A DNA stretch of 54,031 bases from NCBI GenBank assembly GCA_008369845.1, contig MRSU01010600.1:1-54031 (forward strand), in the 5' to 3' direction. Each line of letters starts with the position of its first letter. Position 1 is the stretch's first letter. The notes beneath the pieces were generated by a model, which was given only the letters and a program-made list of their open reading frames with translations, did no database searches and was not told where the DNA came from. Positions 52,993 through 54,031 of this stretch are shown here, piece by piece. Made by a program: the position numbers and the translations under genes. The stretch comes from Trichomonas gallinae (taxonomy: Eukaryota).

Positions 52993-53202
52993 ATGATGAC
53001 CACTTCCTCGTCCTTTGAAGAGATGTCCGAGTTTATGGACAATTCCTCGTTCAACATACTGGAAAGCAGCGAATCAGAGTCCTCTTCTCCAATAAAGTTC
53101 GAGCCTGATACATTCTCGATGAGAGCCGTTGCAAAAAGACTCCACGCACTCAAAAACAATCAAAAATTAAATAAAATCCATACAAGAATACACAGAATCT
53201 AA
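52993..53202 (+). CDS. Putative small protein, 69 aa (acidic Ser-rich N-terminus, basic C-terminus)
   Basis: GC-elevated island with many C/G-ending codons and an AAAATG start context inside AT-rich DNA. No homology recognised. Confidence 0.45.
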   Translation: MMTTSSSFEEMSEFMDNSSFNILESSESESSSPIKFEPDTFSMRAVAKRLHALKNNQKLNKIHTRIHRI

Positions 53203-54031
53203 GACCATGGGGATTTCTTCTTAGTAATTCTCTTACGAGATATTAAGCCGTGATATCATTGGCCGGCTGACATATTGTTTGTAATAATATTAGTAAATTC
53301 GCCTATCTGACTATTTCTTAACATCAATTTTTTTAGACTAAATATTTTTTTATTGCCTATTGCAATATGTTTCCCATTTTTCATATGATATTTCTGATAT
53401 AGGTGAGTAGTGGATTATATCCTTCATAGTAGTCAGTTTCCTTTTGGTAAATTATTATATGGCGAAATAAATTTTTAGGGGAATAAGGGGTCTTACCTTT
53501 AAGATTAGAATTAGAATCCTTTTTATATTATTATTAACACAATAATATCCTTATTTGTCGACTTTTTTTTATACTCAAAAAAATATCAATTCTTTTGAGT
53601 TGATGCGTTAAACATACTTTACGATAGAGTACATAGAACGCTATTAAACCATTCCTATTGATCCAAAATATGGAAAAAATGATGGAAATTTTTAGTTGCC
53701 ATAAGTGCAATCACAGATATCATCGCTACATTTATGATCCACAATAGAGACTTTGCCATCATATCTTACAACATATTTTTGGTAATAGCATTTAAAAAAA
53801 TGAATTATCTTCAATTAATAAGTCTAGATTGAGTAATTTGGTAATTATTCCTGGTAGCAACCGATATAATAACTATCAATGCTTAAAATAATGAAAAAAA
53901 TTTGAAATTAATAAAAACATTAATCTATATTATTATTGTACTTTTCTAGGTGTTTTTACCTGAGGATGTAGTAAATACATATAGTTTCACTTTTCCAAAT
54001 ACATCTTCGGTGAAATATCAAGGTTTTATCA

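Overview
Gene-dense eukaryotic DNA with AT-rich spacers and almost no introns, most consistent with a trichomonad (Trichomonas-like parabasalid). Support: a mitochondrial-type Hsp70 with a short 'MLS...R' hydrogenosomal presequence, an archaeal-type alanyl-tRNA synthetase, TCAYT initiator, CCTTT (M5) and M3-like promoter motifs, and stop codons embedded in TAAA. About 24 protein-coding genes are supported, including Hsp70, RPS15A, an NSUN2/Trm4-like methyltransferase, a divergent EMG1/Nep1, a PAK/STE20 kinase, AlaRS, a phospholipase B-like hydrolase, an Rrp9-like WD40 protein, three bromodomain(-like) proteins, a bacterial-type flavodoxin, a Vps8/41-like protein and a 2591-aa BEACH protein. 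I recognised no transposon, rRNA, tRNA or CRISPR array. The top observation is an ankyrin/zinc-finger gene (4386-7674) spread over three reading frames. It is interrupted at the same position of two consecutive ankyrin repeats by two related ~17-20 nt inserts (core AAAATTCnTnnTAAnnn) that lack GT-AG ends and flank exactly one 99-nt repeat. These are candidate non-canonical micro-introns or a recoding signal. Two near-identical 20-bp promoter-proximal motif pairs are also shared between unrelated neighbouring genes.
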